Under the pieces are notes generated by a model. It worked only from the letters and a program-made list of their open reading frames with translations, did not search any database and was not told where the DNA came from. This document shows positions 1 through 9,044 of a stretch of DNA of 64,000 bases, one piece after another (the first letter of the stretch is position 1; the number at the start of each line of letters is the position of its first letter). Both the position numbers and the translations under genes were made by a program. Source of the DNA: an uncultured Acidobacteriota bacterium (GTDB lineage Bacteria > Acidobacteriota > Vicinamibacteria > Fen-336); the NCBI GenBank assembly GCA_964561785.1, contig CAZLRF010000029.1, positions 1 through 64,000 of the forward strand, written 5' to 3'.

Positions 1-11
1 GCCCCAAAAAA

Positions 12-50
12 GAAGTGGGGGGCGAGATCGCTCTCGACCCCCCCCACTTC
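12..50 (-). terminator. Rho-independent terminator of the micropeptide gene
   Basis: Stem GAAGTGGGGGG-CGAGA / TCTCG-A-CCCCCC(C)ACTTC with a small bulge; on the minus strand it is followed by a T6 tract (plus strand aaaaaa at 6-11) and lies about 10 nt after the stop at 61-63. Confidence 0.8.
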
Positions 51-60
51 CCCGGGGCTC

Positions 61-114
61 TTACTTCTTCTTCTTCGCGGTCTTCTTCTTGGCCGCCTTC
101 TTCTTCGCAGGCAT
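61..114 (-). CDS. 17-aa Lys/Ala-rich basic micropeptide MPAKKKAAKKKTAKKKK
   Basis: ATG at 114-112, TAA at 63-61, all 10 Lys codons are AAG. SD-like AAAGGGGGG sits 9 nt upstream, a sigma70-like promoter lies further upstream and a terminator directly downstream. Too short for the ORF track. Confidence 0.7.
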   Translation of the reverse strand: MPAKKKAAKKKTAKKKK

Positions 115-203
115 CGAGGTGATCCCCCCTTTCAGTCCAAGGATGGACGGTGGAAGCCCTCTTTCAACCTAAAGGGTCTCAAAGGGCTTCGCATACTAGC
201 GGT

Positions 204-232
204 AGGGTAGGAACGCCCCTCACCCTTGTCAA
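204..232 (-). promoter_or_regulatory. Sigma70-type promoter for the micropeptide
   Basis: Minus strand TTGACA (232-227), 17-nt spacer, TACCCT (209-204). Confidence 0.65.
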
Positions 233-451
233 GCACTTTCTGGTCGTCGAGGCTCCGATGGTCCACGCATGGAGAGGCTTAGGCTGTGCACGTCGGTGTG
301 GAAATCTCTCAAAGTAGCTCCAGGAGCCAGTTTGCAGGACGACCTTTCGCGAACTCACTGTCCCGAAGTGCCTTCCGTCGCGGACGACGAAAATGTGGGA
401 GACCGGTGGAGACGGCGCGTTCTTATATGGTAGTTGGAATATGCGCACGCG

Positions 452-1903
452 TCATTCCTCGAGCGGCGGGCGATCGGGGAGGGTGGCGCGGGGGTCGAGG
501 CGGAGGATCGCCGCCGCGGCCGCCGCACGCACCGCGGCGCGTCCGAGCGGCTCCTCCCACGCGCGGCGCCACTCGGCGAGCGCGGCGTCCGTCTCCCCGA
601 GCGCCTCGAGCGCCTGGGCGAGCACCACGCGCGCCGCCGGGCGCAGGCCGGGGTCCGCCGCCGCGTCGAGGACCCCGCGGGCGAGCTCGCGCGCGGCCCG
701 CGCCCGCCCCTCGCGCAGGCTCGCGCGCGCCGCGCACAGGCGCGCCTCCTCGCTCGCGGGGTGCGTGCGGAAGGCGTCGAGGCACGCGGCCTGCGCCCCC
801 TCCTCGTCGCCCCGCTCCGCGAGCCGCCGCGAGAGGGCGAGGAGAGCCGCGCTCTTCGCCTCGGGGGAGAGCGGCGGCGCGGCGAGCGCGCGCGCCCGCG
901 CGAGGACGCGGTCGCGCCGCTCGGCCACCCAGGCCGCGCCGGGCACGTCGCGCACCTCTCGCGCCGCCGCCGCCGCCTCCTCGACCCGCAGGTCGCCGAG
1001 GAGGGCGGAGGCGAGCAGCGCCCCCGCCATGTCCGCCACGACCGGCTGGTAGTTCGCATGGCCGCCCCGGTGCGCGGCGGAGCGGACCTCGCGCGCCACC
1101 GCCGCGCTCTCGGGCCACAGCCCCATGTCGTCGCCGAGGAGCTGCGCGAGCTTGAGCCCCCACAGGGGCCAGCCGGGGTGGCGCTCGCGCATCGAGCGGA
1201 TCCAGCCGACGGCGCGGTCGGGCCGGCGCTCGAAGTACGAGTGGATGTCGTACATCTGCACCCGCGCCTCCTCGTCGTGGAAGAGGCTGCCGCCGCGCGC
1301 GACGCGCGCGATGCGCTCGAGGCCCCGCTCCCGGTCGCCCCCGGGGATGCGGAGCAGGAACGCGACGACCTTGAAGAAGCGGGGCAGGGTGTCGGCGTAG
1401 TAGTCGTACAGGCCGAGCCCGAAGTCGAGGTCGAGCACCGCCGGCCCCGACTCGCGGGCGGCGGCGAGGGCCTCGCGCATGCGCACCGCCTCGCGCGAGG
1501 CGGGACCGCGCTCCCAGCGGAACAGGTGCAGGCGGCTCTTCACGCCGTGGGCGGCGCCGCGGGCGAGCCGCGCCCGGGCGTCGCGGGGGTCCTTGCCGAG
1601 CGCGGCCTCCGCGAGGGAGAGCGCGCGGTCGGCGAGGGCGAGGACCGCCGCGTCGTGGGCGCGGCTGCGCGGATCCTGCTCGAGCCGCCACTCGAGGGCC
1701 AGGGCCTGCAGGTACGGCAGCACGGGGTCCTCCGGGTGCCGACGCGCGAGACGATCGAGCTCCTCCTCCGCCCGGTGGAACTCGCCGTCGTAGACGCGGG
1801 AGAGCGCGGCCCGCGCCTCGTCGTCCTGCGGCCGGCCGGGGCCCGCCGGCTCCTCGGAGCCGGCCGCCACCGCCGCCGCGAGGACGAAAACCGCCAGCCG
1901 CAA
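452..1903 (-). CDS. Secreted TPR-like helical repeat protein (483 aa)
   Basis: TTG start with AGGAG SD, hydrophobic N-terminal signal, Ala/Leu/Arg-rich TPR-like helices, DFGLGLYDYY segment; downstream of ddl in the same direction. Confidence 0.7.
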   Translation of the reverse strand: MRLAVFVLAAAVAAGSEEPAGPGRPQDDEARAALSRVYDGEFHRAEEELDRLARRHPEDPVLPYLQALALEWRLEQDPRSRAHDAAVLALADRALSLAEAALGKDPRDARARLARGAAHGVKSRLHLFRWERGPASREAVRMREALAAARESGPAVLDLDFGLGLYDYYADTLPRFFKVVAFLLRIPGGDRERGLERIARVARGGSLFHDEEARVQMYDIHSYFERRPDRAVGWIRSMRERHPGWPLWGLKLAQLLGDDMGLWPESAAVAREVRSAAHRGGHANYQPVVADMAGALLASALLGDLRVEEAAAAAREVRDVPGAAWVAERRDRVLARARALAAPPLSPEAKSAALLALSRRLAERGDEEGAQAACLDAFRTHPASEEARLCAARASLREGRARAARELARGVLDAAADPGLRPAARVVLAQALEALGETDAALAEWRRAWEEPLGRAAVRAAAAAAILRLDPRATLPDRPPLEE

Positions 1904-1912
1904 CCCCGCTCC

Positions 1913-2980
1913 TCAGGCGCCGTAGTCCGTGCGCAGGCGCTCGCGTGCGGCGTGGCGCTCGATCCCGAGCGCCACCAGCCGCCCGAGCAGCTCCTCGAAC
2001 GGGACGCCGCTCGCCTCCCACAGCTTGGGGTACATGCTGATCGACGTGAAGCCGGGGAGGGTGTTGATCTCGTTGACGAGGAGCCGGCCGCTTCCCCGCT
2101 CGAGGAAGAAGTCGACCCGGGCGAGCCCCGCCGCGTCCACCGCCCGGAAGGCGGCCTGGCCCAGCCGCCGCACCTCCTCCGCGGTCGAGGGGTCGAGCCG
2201 CGCCGGGACGTGGAGCTCGGTCCGGCTCGCGGCCGAGTACTTGGAGTCGTAGTCGTAGAACTCGCGGTCGGGGACGATCTCGCCGGGCACCGACGCCTCG
2301 GCGTCGTCGTTGCCGAGGATGGCGACCTCGATCTCCCGCGCGTCGACCCCCGCCTCCACGATCACCTTGCGGTCGTAGGCGAAGGCGGCGTCGAGGGCGG
2401 GGCCGAGGTCCTCTCTCGTCTTGACCTTGGCGACGCCGACGCTCGAGCCGAGGTTCGCGGGCTTGACGAACACCGGCAGGGAGAGCTCCTCGAGGACGCG
2501 CGCCTCCTCGGCGCCGTCGCGCCGAAGGAGCGTGCGGTGCTCCACCTGGGGCAGTCCCGCCCGCGCGAAGAGGGCCTTCATCATGGACTTGTCCATCGAG
2601 GCGGCCGAGGCGGCGACCCCCGCGCCGACGTAGGGCACCGAGGCGAGCTCGAAGAGCCCCTGCACGGTCCCGTCCTCTCCGTACGTGCCGTGCAGGACGG
2701 GGAAGAAGACGTCGGGCCGAGCGAGCACCCGCGCGTCCTCGAGCCTTCGCAGGCGGCCCGAGTCCCCGGGAGAGGGGGCGAGGAAGACGGGCTCGCCTCC
2801 CTCGGGCTGCGGCGTCTCCCCCTCCTGGAGGAGCCAGCGTCCCGCCTTGTCGACGAGCACGCACCGCACGTGGTGGCGGCCGCGCAGCCCCGTGGCCACC
2901 GACGCGGCGGAGCGCAGGCTCACCTCGTGCTCGCCCGAGCGCCCGCCGAAGAGAAGAGCCACCTCGAGCCGCTCGGTCAT
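1913..2980 (-). CDS. ddl: D-alanine--D-alanine ligase
   Basis: FGGRSGEHEVS, LHGTYGEDG, VKPANLGSSVG, NEINTLPGFT motifs. Confidence 0.96.
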   Translation of the reverse strand: MTERLEVALLFGGRSGEHEVSLRSAASVATGLRGRHHVRCVLVDKAGRWLLQEGETPQPEGGEPVFLAPSPGDSGRLRRLEDARVLARPDVFFPVLHGTYGEDGTVQGLFELASVPYVGAGVAASAASMDKSMMKALFARAGLPQVEHRTLLRRDGAEEARVLEELSLPVFVKPANLGSSVGVAKVKTREDLGPALDAAFAYDRKVIVEAGVDAREIEVAILGNDDAEASVPGEIVPDREFYDYDSKYSAASRTELHVPARLDPSTAEEVRRLGQAAFRAVDAAGLARVDFFLERGSGRLLVNEINTLPGFTSISMYPKLWEASGVPFEELLGRLVALGIERHAARERLRTDYGA

Positions 2981-2987
2981 GGGCGAG

Positions 2988-2997
2988 AGTCTATACT
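2988..2997. promoter_or_regulatory. Overlapping divergent -10 hexamers for ddl and tgt
   Basis: AGTCTATACT reads TATACT on plus (9 nt before the tgt ATG) and TAGACT on minus (7 nt before the ddl ATG) in a 26-bp intergenic gap with no SD. Confidence 0.6.
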
Positions 2998-3006
2998 CGC
3001 TGCCCC

Positions 3007-4146
3007 ATGGCCGGATTCTCGTTCACGGTGGAGTCCCGCGACGGCCGCGCCCGCGCCGGGCGCCTCCTCACCCCGCACGGCGAGGCCGAGACGCCGATGT
3101 TCATGCCGGTGGGCACGGCGGGCGCGGTGAAGGCCGTCCTCCACCGGGACCTGCGCGAGATGGGGGCCCGCTTCATCCTCGCGAACACCTACCACCTGAT
3201 GCTCCGCCCGGGCGACGCGCTCGTTCTCCGGCTCGGGGGGCTCCACGGCTTCACCGGCTGGGACGGGCCATTCCTCACCGACAGCGGCGGCTATCAGGTC
3301 TTCTCGCTCGCGGCCCTGCGCCGGCTCGACGAGGAGGGAGTGCGCTTCCAGAGCCACATCGACGGCACCGCGCACCTGCTCTCCCCGGAGCGGTCGATGG
3401 AGGTCCAGCAGAACCTGGGGGCGGACGTGGCGATGGCCTTCGACGAGTGCCCGCCGGGGGACGCCCCCCGCGAGGCCGTGGCGGAGGCGACCGCCCGCAC
3501 GACCCGCTGGGCCAGGCGCAGCCGCGACGCCCACCGGCGGGCCGACCAGTGGCTGTTCGGGATCGTCCAGGGCGGGGTCCACCTCGACCTGAGGGAGACG
3601 AGCGCGCGCGAGCTCCTCGCCCTCGACTTCCCGGGCTACGCGGTGGGAGGCCTCTCCGTGGGCGAGCCCAAGCCGGGCCGGGACCGCGTCCTCGAGCACC
3701 TCGAGGCGATCCTCCCGCCGGACAGGCCCCGCTACCTGATGGGGGTCGGCACGCCGGAGGACATCATCGACGCCGTGGCCCGCGGGATCGACATGTTCGA
3801 CTGCGTGCTGCCCACCCGCAACGCCAGGAACGGCCAGCTCTTCACGAGCCGGGGGCGGCTGTCGATCCGCAACGCCCGCTTCCGGGACGACCCGCGACCG
3901 CCGGACCCGGACTGCCCCTGCCCCACCTGCCGCACGACGAGCCGCGCCTACCTGCGCCACCTGCACCAGGCGGGCGAGATGGGGGCGGCGACCCTCGCCT
4001 CCGTCCACAACCTCTTCTACTACCTTGACATGATGAGGGCGATGCGGCAGAGTATCCGTTTGTGTCGCTTCGAGGAGTGGCGGGAGAAGACCCTGCGCCG
4101 CCTCGCGGCCACCGAAGAGGACGGGTCGTCGCGCGAACGCTCCTGA
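3007..4146 (+). CDS. tgt: Queuine tRNA-ribosyltransferase
   Basis: TPMFMPVGT, ANTYHL, TDSGGYQ, GIVQGG, RYLMGVG, DMFDCVLPTR and the zinc CxCxxC...H motif. Confidence 0.97.
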   Translation: MAGFSFTVESRDGRARAGRLLTPHGEAETPMFMPVGTAGAVKAVLHRDLREMGARFILANTYHLMLRPGDALVLRLGGLHGFTGWDGPFLTDSGGYQVFSLAALRRLDEEGVRFQSHIDGTAHLLSPERSMEVQQNLGADVAMAFDECPPGDAPREAVAEATARTTRWARRSRDAHRRADQWLFGIVQGGVHLDLRETSARELLALDFPGYAVGGLSVGEPKPGRDRVLEHLEAILPPDRPRYLMGVGTPEDIIDAVARGIDMFDCVLPTRNARNGQLFTSRGRLSIRNARFRDDPRPPDPDCPCPTCRTTSRAYLRHLHQAGEMGAATLASVHNLFYYLDMMRAMRQSIRLCRFEEWREKTLRRLAATEEDGSSRERS

Positions 4147-4206
4147 CGAGCCCCCGCCGCCCGTCCGCATAGCGAGAGAACCCGGAACAGCGGACTGCCC
4201 GGAGAC

Positions 4207-4548
4207 ATGACCGCCATGGCCGACCCCCGCCTCGTCCTCGCCCTCGCCGGGCCCTCCCGCCCGGGCGAGCCCAACCCCCTCGCCAGCCTGGTGATGATGG
4301 GGCTGATCTTCGCGATCTTCTACTTCGTGCTCATCCTCCCGATGCGGCGCAAGCAGAAGAAGCTCGAGGAGCTCGTCAAGCAGCTCAAGGCGGGCGACCG
4401 CGTGGTCCTCAACGCCGGCATCTTCGGCACGATCGTGGGCGTCGAGGACGACGCCTTCCTCGTCCGCGTGGACGACAAGACCAGGATCAAGGTCCTCAAG
4501 AGCGCCGTGGCCGGCCTGGCGCCGGGGGCCGAGAAGACGGAGAAGTGA
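4207..4548 (+). CDS. yajC: Preprotein translocase subunit YajC
   Basis: Single TM (IFYFVLILP) followed by LKAGDRVV...GIFG; canonical tgt-yajC-secD-secF order. Confidence 0.93.
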   Translation: MTAMADPRLVLALAGPSRPGEPNPLASLVMMGLIFAIFYFVLILPMRRKQKKLEELVKQLKAGDRVVLNAGIFGTIVGVEDDAFLVRVDDKTRIKVLKSAVAGLAPGAEKTEK

Positions 4549-6194
4549 TGCCTCCCGCCCTGCAGAACCCCGTGACCCTCTGGCTCCTGCTGACCGCCGC
4601 CCTCGCCGGGCTCGTCTACGCCTTCATGCGCCCGGAGCTGCGCTGGAAGGCGATCGGCTACGGGTCGTTCCTCCTCGCGTGCGCGGTGGCGATCTGGCCC
4701 CCCTACGAGCGGGACGGCGTCCCCGGGCGGATCAAGCTCGGCCTCGACCTGCGCGGGGGCATCCACCTCGTCCTCCAGGTCGTCGTCGAGGACGCGCTCA
4801 ACGCGACCGTCGACGACGCGGTCACGACCGCCCGCGATCAGGCCACGCGCAAGGGCATCCAGTTCGGCGCGGTCACCCGCGTCTCGCCGACGTCCTTCTC
4901 GGTGGAGGGGACCGAGCCGGCCCGGGTGAAGGACATGCGCGACGTGCTGCGCGACTACTTCCGGGGCAGCTGGGAGGTGCGCGAGTCGGGGGAGGGCAAG
5001 TTCACGGTCGAGATGACCGAGCTCTACCAGCGCCAGCTCAAGGACCAGACCGTCCAGGAGGCCCAGCGCACGCTCGAGCGCCGGGTGAACGCCCTCGGCG
5101 TCGCCGAGCCCATCATCGCGGTCCAGGGCGGCCGCGGCGACCAGATCCTCGTCCAGCTCCCCGGGGTGACCGACGTCGAGCAGGCCAAGCGCATCATCAA
5201 GACGACGGCGCAGCTCTCGCTCAAGCTCGTCGAGAGCTCCGCGGCGAGCCCGGAGACCCTCCTCCAGGGCACGGGGGGCAAGGTCCCCGACAACATGGAG
5301 ATGCTGTCCGGCCCGAGCGACACGCCGGGCCAGCCCACGTACTACCTCGTGCGCCGGGAGGCGATGATCACCGGGCGCGACCTCAAGAGCGCCCGGGTCG
5401 GGGTGGACGAGTCGAACCAGCCCCAGATCAACTTCTCCCTGAACGCTCTCGCCACCGACAGGTTCTCCCGGGAGACCGGCCGCAACATCGGCCGCCAGCT
5501 CGCGATCGTCCTCGACGGCACCGTCTACTCGGCCCCCGTCATCCAGAGCAAGCTCGGGTCGGACAACCGGATCACCGGCCGCTTCACCACCCAGGAGGCG
5601 GACGAGCTCGCGAAGATCCTCAAGGCGGGGGCGCTGCCCGCCACCCTGCGCTACCTGCAGGAGCTCACGGTGGGCGCCTCGCTCGGGCGCGACTCGATCC
5701 GGGACGGCGTGAGGGCCTCGATCGCGGCCATGGCGTTCATCGCGATCTTCATGCTCGTCTACTACCGCTTCTCCGGCCTCAACGCGGTGGTCGCCCTCGC
5801 CGCGAACCTCCTCATCGTCCTCGCCGCGCTCGCCTACTCGAACGCGACGCTCACCCTGCCCGGGATCGCCGGGATCATCCTCACCGTGGGCGTCGGCGTC
5901 GACACGAACGTTCTCGTGTTCGAGAGGATCCGCGAGGAGCTGCGCAACGGCAAGACGGTGCGGGCGGCCATCCAGAACGGGTTCGACCGGGTCTGGATCA
6001 CGATCCTCGACACCCACGCGACCGCGCTCATCGCCGCCGCCTTCCTCTTCCAGTTCGGGACCGGGCCCATCAAGGGCTTCGCGGTCACCCTCGTGATCGG
6101 CCTCGTGGCGAACGTGTTCGCCTCGTACTTCGTCAGCAAGTTCCTCTTCGAGTGGGTGCTCGGCAAGCGCCACGTCGAGAGCCTGAGCATCTAG
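4548..6194 (+). CDS. secD: Protein translocase subunit SecD
   Basis: LGLDLRGG, RRVNALGVAEP, AIVLDG, GALP, TLPGIAG, DTNVLVFERIREE. ATG overlaps the yajC stop (alternative GTG start at 4545). Confidence 0.96.
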   Translation: MPPALQNPVTLWLLLTAALAGLVYAFMRPELRWKAIGYGSFLLACAVAIWPPYERDGVPGRIKLGLDLRGGIHLVLQVVVEDALNATVDDAVTTARDQATRKGIQFGAVTRVSPTSFSVEGTEPARVKDMRDVLRDYFRGSWEVRESGEGKFTVEMTELYQRQLKDQTVQEAQRTLERRVNALGVAEPIIAVQGGRGDQILVQLPGVTDVEQAKRIIKTTAQLSLKLVESSAASPETLLQGTGGKVPDNMEMLSGPSDTPGQPTYYLVRREAMITGRDLKSARVGVDESNQPQINFSLNALATDRFSRETGRNIGRQLAIVLDGTVYSAPVIQSKLGSDNRITGRFTTQEADELAKILKAGALPATLRYLQELTVGASLGRDSIRDGVRASIAAMAFIAIFMLVYYRFSGLNAVVALAANLLIVLAALAYSNATLTLPGIAGIILTVGVGVDTNVLVFERIREELRNGKTVRAAIQNGFDRVWITILDTHATALIAAAFLFQFGTGPIKGFAVTLVIGLVANVFASYFVSKFLFEWVLGKRHVESLSI

Positions 6195-6203
6195 GGGCCC
6201 GCC

Positions 6204-7115
6204 ATGGAGATCATCAAGAACCCGAACATCGACTTCCTGGGCAAGGCGAAGTACTTCGTGGTCCTCTCCGTCCTGGTCATCGCGGCCGGGCTGTTCTTCA
6301 TCGCCTCCGGGAAGCTGCGCTACGGGGTCGAGTTCTCCGGGGGGACCCAGCTCATCCTGAGCTTCCAGGGCCCGCCCGAGGTCGACCGGATCCGCGACGC
6401 GGTGACGAAGGTCTCCCCGGGCGCCGTGATCCAGACCTACGGGGACGCGAGGGCCAACAAGGTGCTCGTGCGCATCTCCCAGGAGGCCCCCGAAGCCGAC
6501 CTCGACGCGCCCGCCCGCGCGGTGCGCCAGGCCCTCGCCGAGACCTACGCCCAGAACCCCGTCGTCGAGTCCTCCTCGGAGATCGTCGGGCCCGTCGTGG
6601 GGGCCGAGCTGCGGCAGAAGGCGATCCTGCTCACGGTGCTCGGCCTGCTCTTCCAGCTCGTCTACATCGCCGCCCGCTTCAAGGGCGGGGTGTGGGGGGC
6701 GGGGGCCACGATCGCCGCCCTCCACGACGTGCTCGTCTGCCTCGGGTTCCTCGCCTTCTTCGGCTTCGAGATCACGCTCAACGTGATCGCGGCCCTGCTC
6801 ACCCTCGTGGGCTACAGCGTCAACGACACGATCGTCATCTTCGACCGGGCGCGGGAGAACATGCTCCACCGCCGCAAGGACTCGATGGCGAAGATCCTCA
6901 ACGACGCGCTCAACCAGACCCTCACCCGGACGATCATCTCGAACGGGACCACGTTCCTCGCCGTGCTCGGCCTGTTCCTCTTCGGGGGGGAGGTGCTCCG
7001 CGGGTTCGGCTTCACCATGGTCGTGGGCATCCTCGTCGGGACCTACTCCACCCTCTTCATCGCGGTGCCCCTGGTGAGCTGGTGGTACGCCCGGCAGGGG
7101 CGCTCCTCGGCCTAG
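6204..7115 (+). CDS. secF: Protein translocase subunit SecF
   Basis: GVEFSGGT, VGPVVG, HDV, GYSVNDTIVIFDR, RTI motifs. Confidence 0.96.
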   Translation: MEIIKNPNIDFLGKAKYFVVLSVLVIAAGLFFIASGKLRYGVEFSGGTQLILSFQGPPEVDRIRDAVTKVSPGAVIQTYGDARANKVLVRISQEAPEADLDAPARAVRQALAETYAQNPVVESSSEIVGPVVGAELRQKAILLTVLGLLFQLVYIAARFKGGVWGAGATIAALHDVLVCLGFLAFFGFEITLNVIAALLTLVGYSVNDTIVIFDRARENMLHRRKDSMAKILNDALNQTLTRTIISNGTTFLAVLGLFLFGGEVLRGFGFTMVVGILVGTYSTLFIAVPLVSWWYARQGRSSA

Positions 7116-7276
7116 GCGCCCGACCCGTGACGGCGTTTGACCCCGGCGAGGGGAACGTCGCCGGGGCGCCCGACGTCAGCCGTATCGTCGGGGCCGTGGA
7201 GAGGCAACAACGTCAAAAGGCGTGGAGGCGGCGCCCGTCCCGGCCCGTCCCCGGGCCGGGTGCTAAGATGACGCTG

Positions 7277-8107
7277 ATGACGGGCGAGACGGAGGCTCGG
7301 GCCCCGCGGCACACCCTCGGGGCGCTCGACGAGGACAACCTCTTCGCAACCGGCCTCGCTGCGTCCGCGCCTCGCCCCCGCAGCCGCTGGCAGCGCATCG
7401 GGGCCCGCCTGTCCTTCTTCGCCCACGTCGCCGTGATCGCGGCGATCGTCTTCGTCCCGATCTTCATGCCGGAGGAGCTGCCCGACCAGGGCGACCGCAG
7501 GGTCGTCTTCTTCGACCCGCCCCCTCCACCCCCGCCCCCGCTGCCCAAGGGGAGCCCCACCGTCGCCCAGAAGGCGCAGCCCGAGGCGCCCAAGCCGGTC
7601 ACGGAGAGGCCGAAGCCGGAGCTGACCGCTCCGATCGAGACGCCCCAGCCCCGGGAGACGGCCCGCCTCGAGCCCGAGGCCGGCGTCCGCCCGGAAGATC
7701 AGTTCGGCAGCCTGACCGGCTCCGACTTCGGTGACCCGCTGGGAATGGAGGAGGGCGTCGAGGGCGGGGTGGTCGGCGGCGTGCCCGGCGGGGTCCTCGG
7801 GGGCGTCCTCGGAGGCACCGGGACCGGCCCCGTCATGGACTACGACGCGGCTCCCCGGCCGATCAAGCAGACCCGGCCCCAGTACCCGGCCGAGGCCTTC
7901 GTCAAGAAGATCGAGGGCACCGTCCTCGTGGAGATCCTGATCGACACCCAGGGGCGCGTGGTGAGGGCCCGGGTCATCCAGTCGGTGCCGCTCCTCGACG
8001 CGGCCGCCCTGCAGTGCGTCTACCAGTGGGTGTTCCAGCCCGCGGTCAAGCACGGGCGTCCCGTGCCCACGATCGCCCACGCCCCCGTCCACTTCCGCAT
8101 CTTTTGA
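7277..8107 (+). CDS. TonB family energy transducer (copy 1)
   Basis: N-terminal TM (FFAHVAVIAAIVFVP), poly-Pro linker, TonB C-terminal domain (PQYP...IEGTVLVEILIDTQGRV). The start is chosen at ATG 7277, 7 nt after extended -10 TGcTAAGAT; ATG 7268 is the alternative. Confidence 0.88.
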   Translation: MTGETEARAPRHTLGALDEDNLFATGLAASAPRPRSRWQRIGARLSFFAHVAVIAAIVFVPIFMPEELPDQGDRRVVFFDPPPPPPPPLPKGSPTVAQKAQPEAPKPVTERPKPELTAPIETPQPRETARLEPEAGVRPEDQFGSLTGSDFGDPLGMEEGVEGGVVGGVPGGVLGGVLGGTGTGPVMDYDAAPRPIKQTRPQYPAEAFVKKIEGTVLVEILIDTQGRVVRARVIQSVPLLDAAALQCVYQWVFQPAVKHGRPVPTIAHAPVHFRIF

Positions 8108-8170
8108 TCGTCACCCGGGAACCCCGAGGCCGCGCCGGGTGTCGAAACGGAGGCGAGGGGGACCGTCGTC

Positions 8171-8200
8171 TTGACACCCTCGGAAGCCGGGAGATAGAAT
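8171..8200 (+). promoter_or_regulatory. Sigma70-type promoter of the tonB-exbB-exbD-exbD operon
   Basis: TTGACA (8171-8176), 18-nt spacer, TAGAAT (8195-8200). Confidence 0.7.
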
Positions 8201-8258
8201 CCGCGCTTCTCGCCGAAGAGGCGACTTCTCACGGCCAAAGTGTCAGAAGGGGCGGAGA

Positions 8259-8999
8259 ATGGAAAAGAGGCTGTTCGAGGACCTCATTGACTCGGCCAAG
8301 TCGAAGAGTCGAACGGGCCAGTCCACGACGTGGCCCGTCTCCTTCCTCCTGCACCTGGCGGCGGCGTTGCTCGTCGTTCTCGTCCCGCTTCTCGCCTCCG
8401 AGCAGCTTCCCGAGCCCGCCTCGGCGGTGAAGGCCTTCTTCGTGGAGCCGATGGCGGCACCCGCGCCGCCGCCTCCCCCTCCACCGCCGGCCCCGCGGGC
8501 GGCGTCCGCCCCCCGGGTGGCGCCCAAGCCGATCGTACAGGATAATACGTTCGTCGCCCCCGTCGAGGTTCCCCAGGACATCAAGCCCGAGGAGGGCCTC
8601 GACCTCGGCGTCGAGGGGGGGGTCGCCGGCGGGGTCGAGGGTGGGGTTCCCGGCGGCGTCGTGGGCGGCGTGGTCGGCGGCCTGCCCGATGCTCCTCCCC
8701 CCCCGCCCCAGCAGGCGGTGCGGGTCGGCGGGCAGATCAAGGAGCCCAAGAAGCTCAAGAACGTGAGCCCCATCTACCCGGACATCGCCAAGCAGGCCCG
8801 GGTCCAGGGCGTGGTCATCCTCGAGGCCACCATCTCCCCCCAGGGCAAGGTCAGCGACGTCAAGGTCCTGCGGGGCATCCCCTTGCTCGACCAGGCGGCG
8901 GTCGACGCCGTGAAGCAATGGGTCTATACGCCGACACTATTGAACGGAGTGCCGGTTCCGGTCATCATGACCGTCACGGTCAACTTCAAGCTCTCCTAG
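8259..8999 (+). CDS. TonB family energy transducer (copy 2)
   Basis: TM with His (SFLLHLAA), Pro-rich linker, PIYPDIAKQARVQGVVILEATI TonB_C domain. Confidence 0.92.
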   Translation: MEKRLFEDLIDSAKSKSRTGQSTTWPVSFLLHLAAALLVVLVPLLASEQLPEPASAVKAFFVEPMAAPAPPPPPPPPAPRAASAPRVAPKPIVQDNTFVAPVEVPQDIKPEEGLDLGVEGGVAGGVEGGVPGGVVGGVVGGLPDAPPPPPQQAVRVGGQIKEPKKLKNVSPIYPDIAKQARVQGVVILEATISPQGKVSDVKVLRGIPLLDQAAVDAVKQWVYTPTLLNGVPVPVIMTVTVNFKLS

Positions 9000-9044
9000 G
9001 CCCCGGGCCCGAAGAGCGCGACTTACAGTCCAGGAGGACGCGAA

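Noticed and set aside
116-145. Perfect plus-strand SD-like GAGGTGATCC
   Set aside because: No start codon at SD distance on the plus strand; the minus-strand ORF explains the region better.
235-451. Lower-GC intergenic stretch upstream of the micropeptide promoter as a possible ncRNA or foreign DNA
   Set aside because: No convincing long stems, known motif or credible ORF; most likely upstream regulatory sequence.
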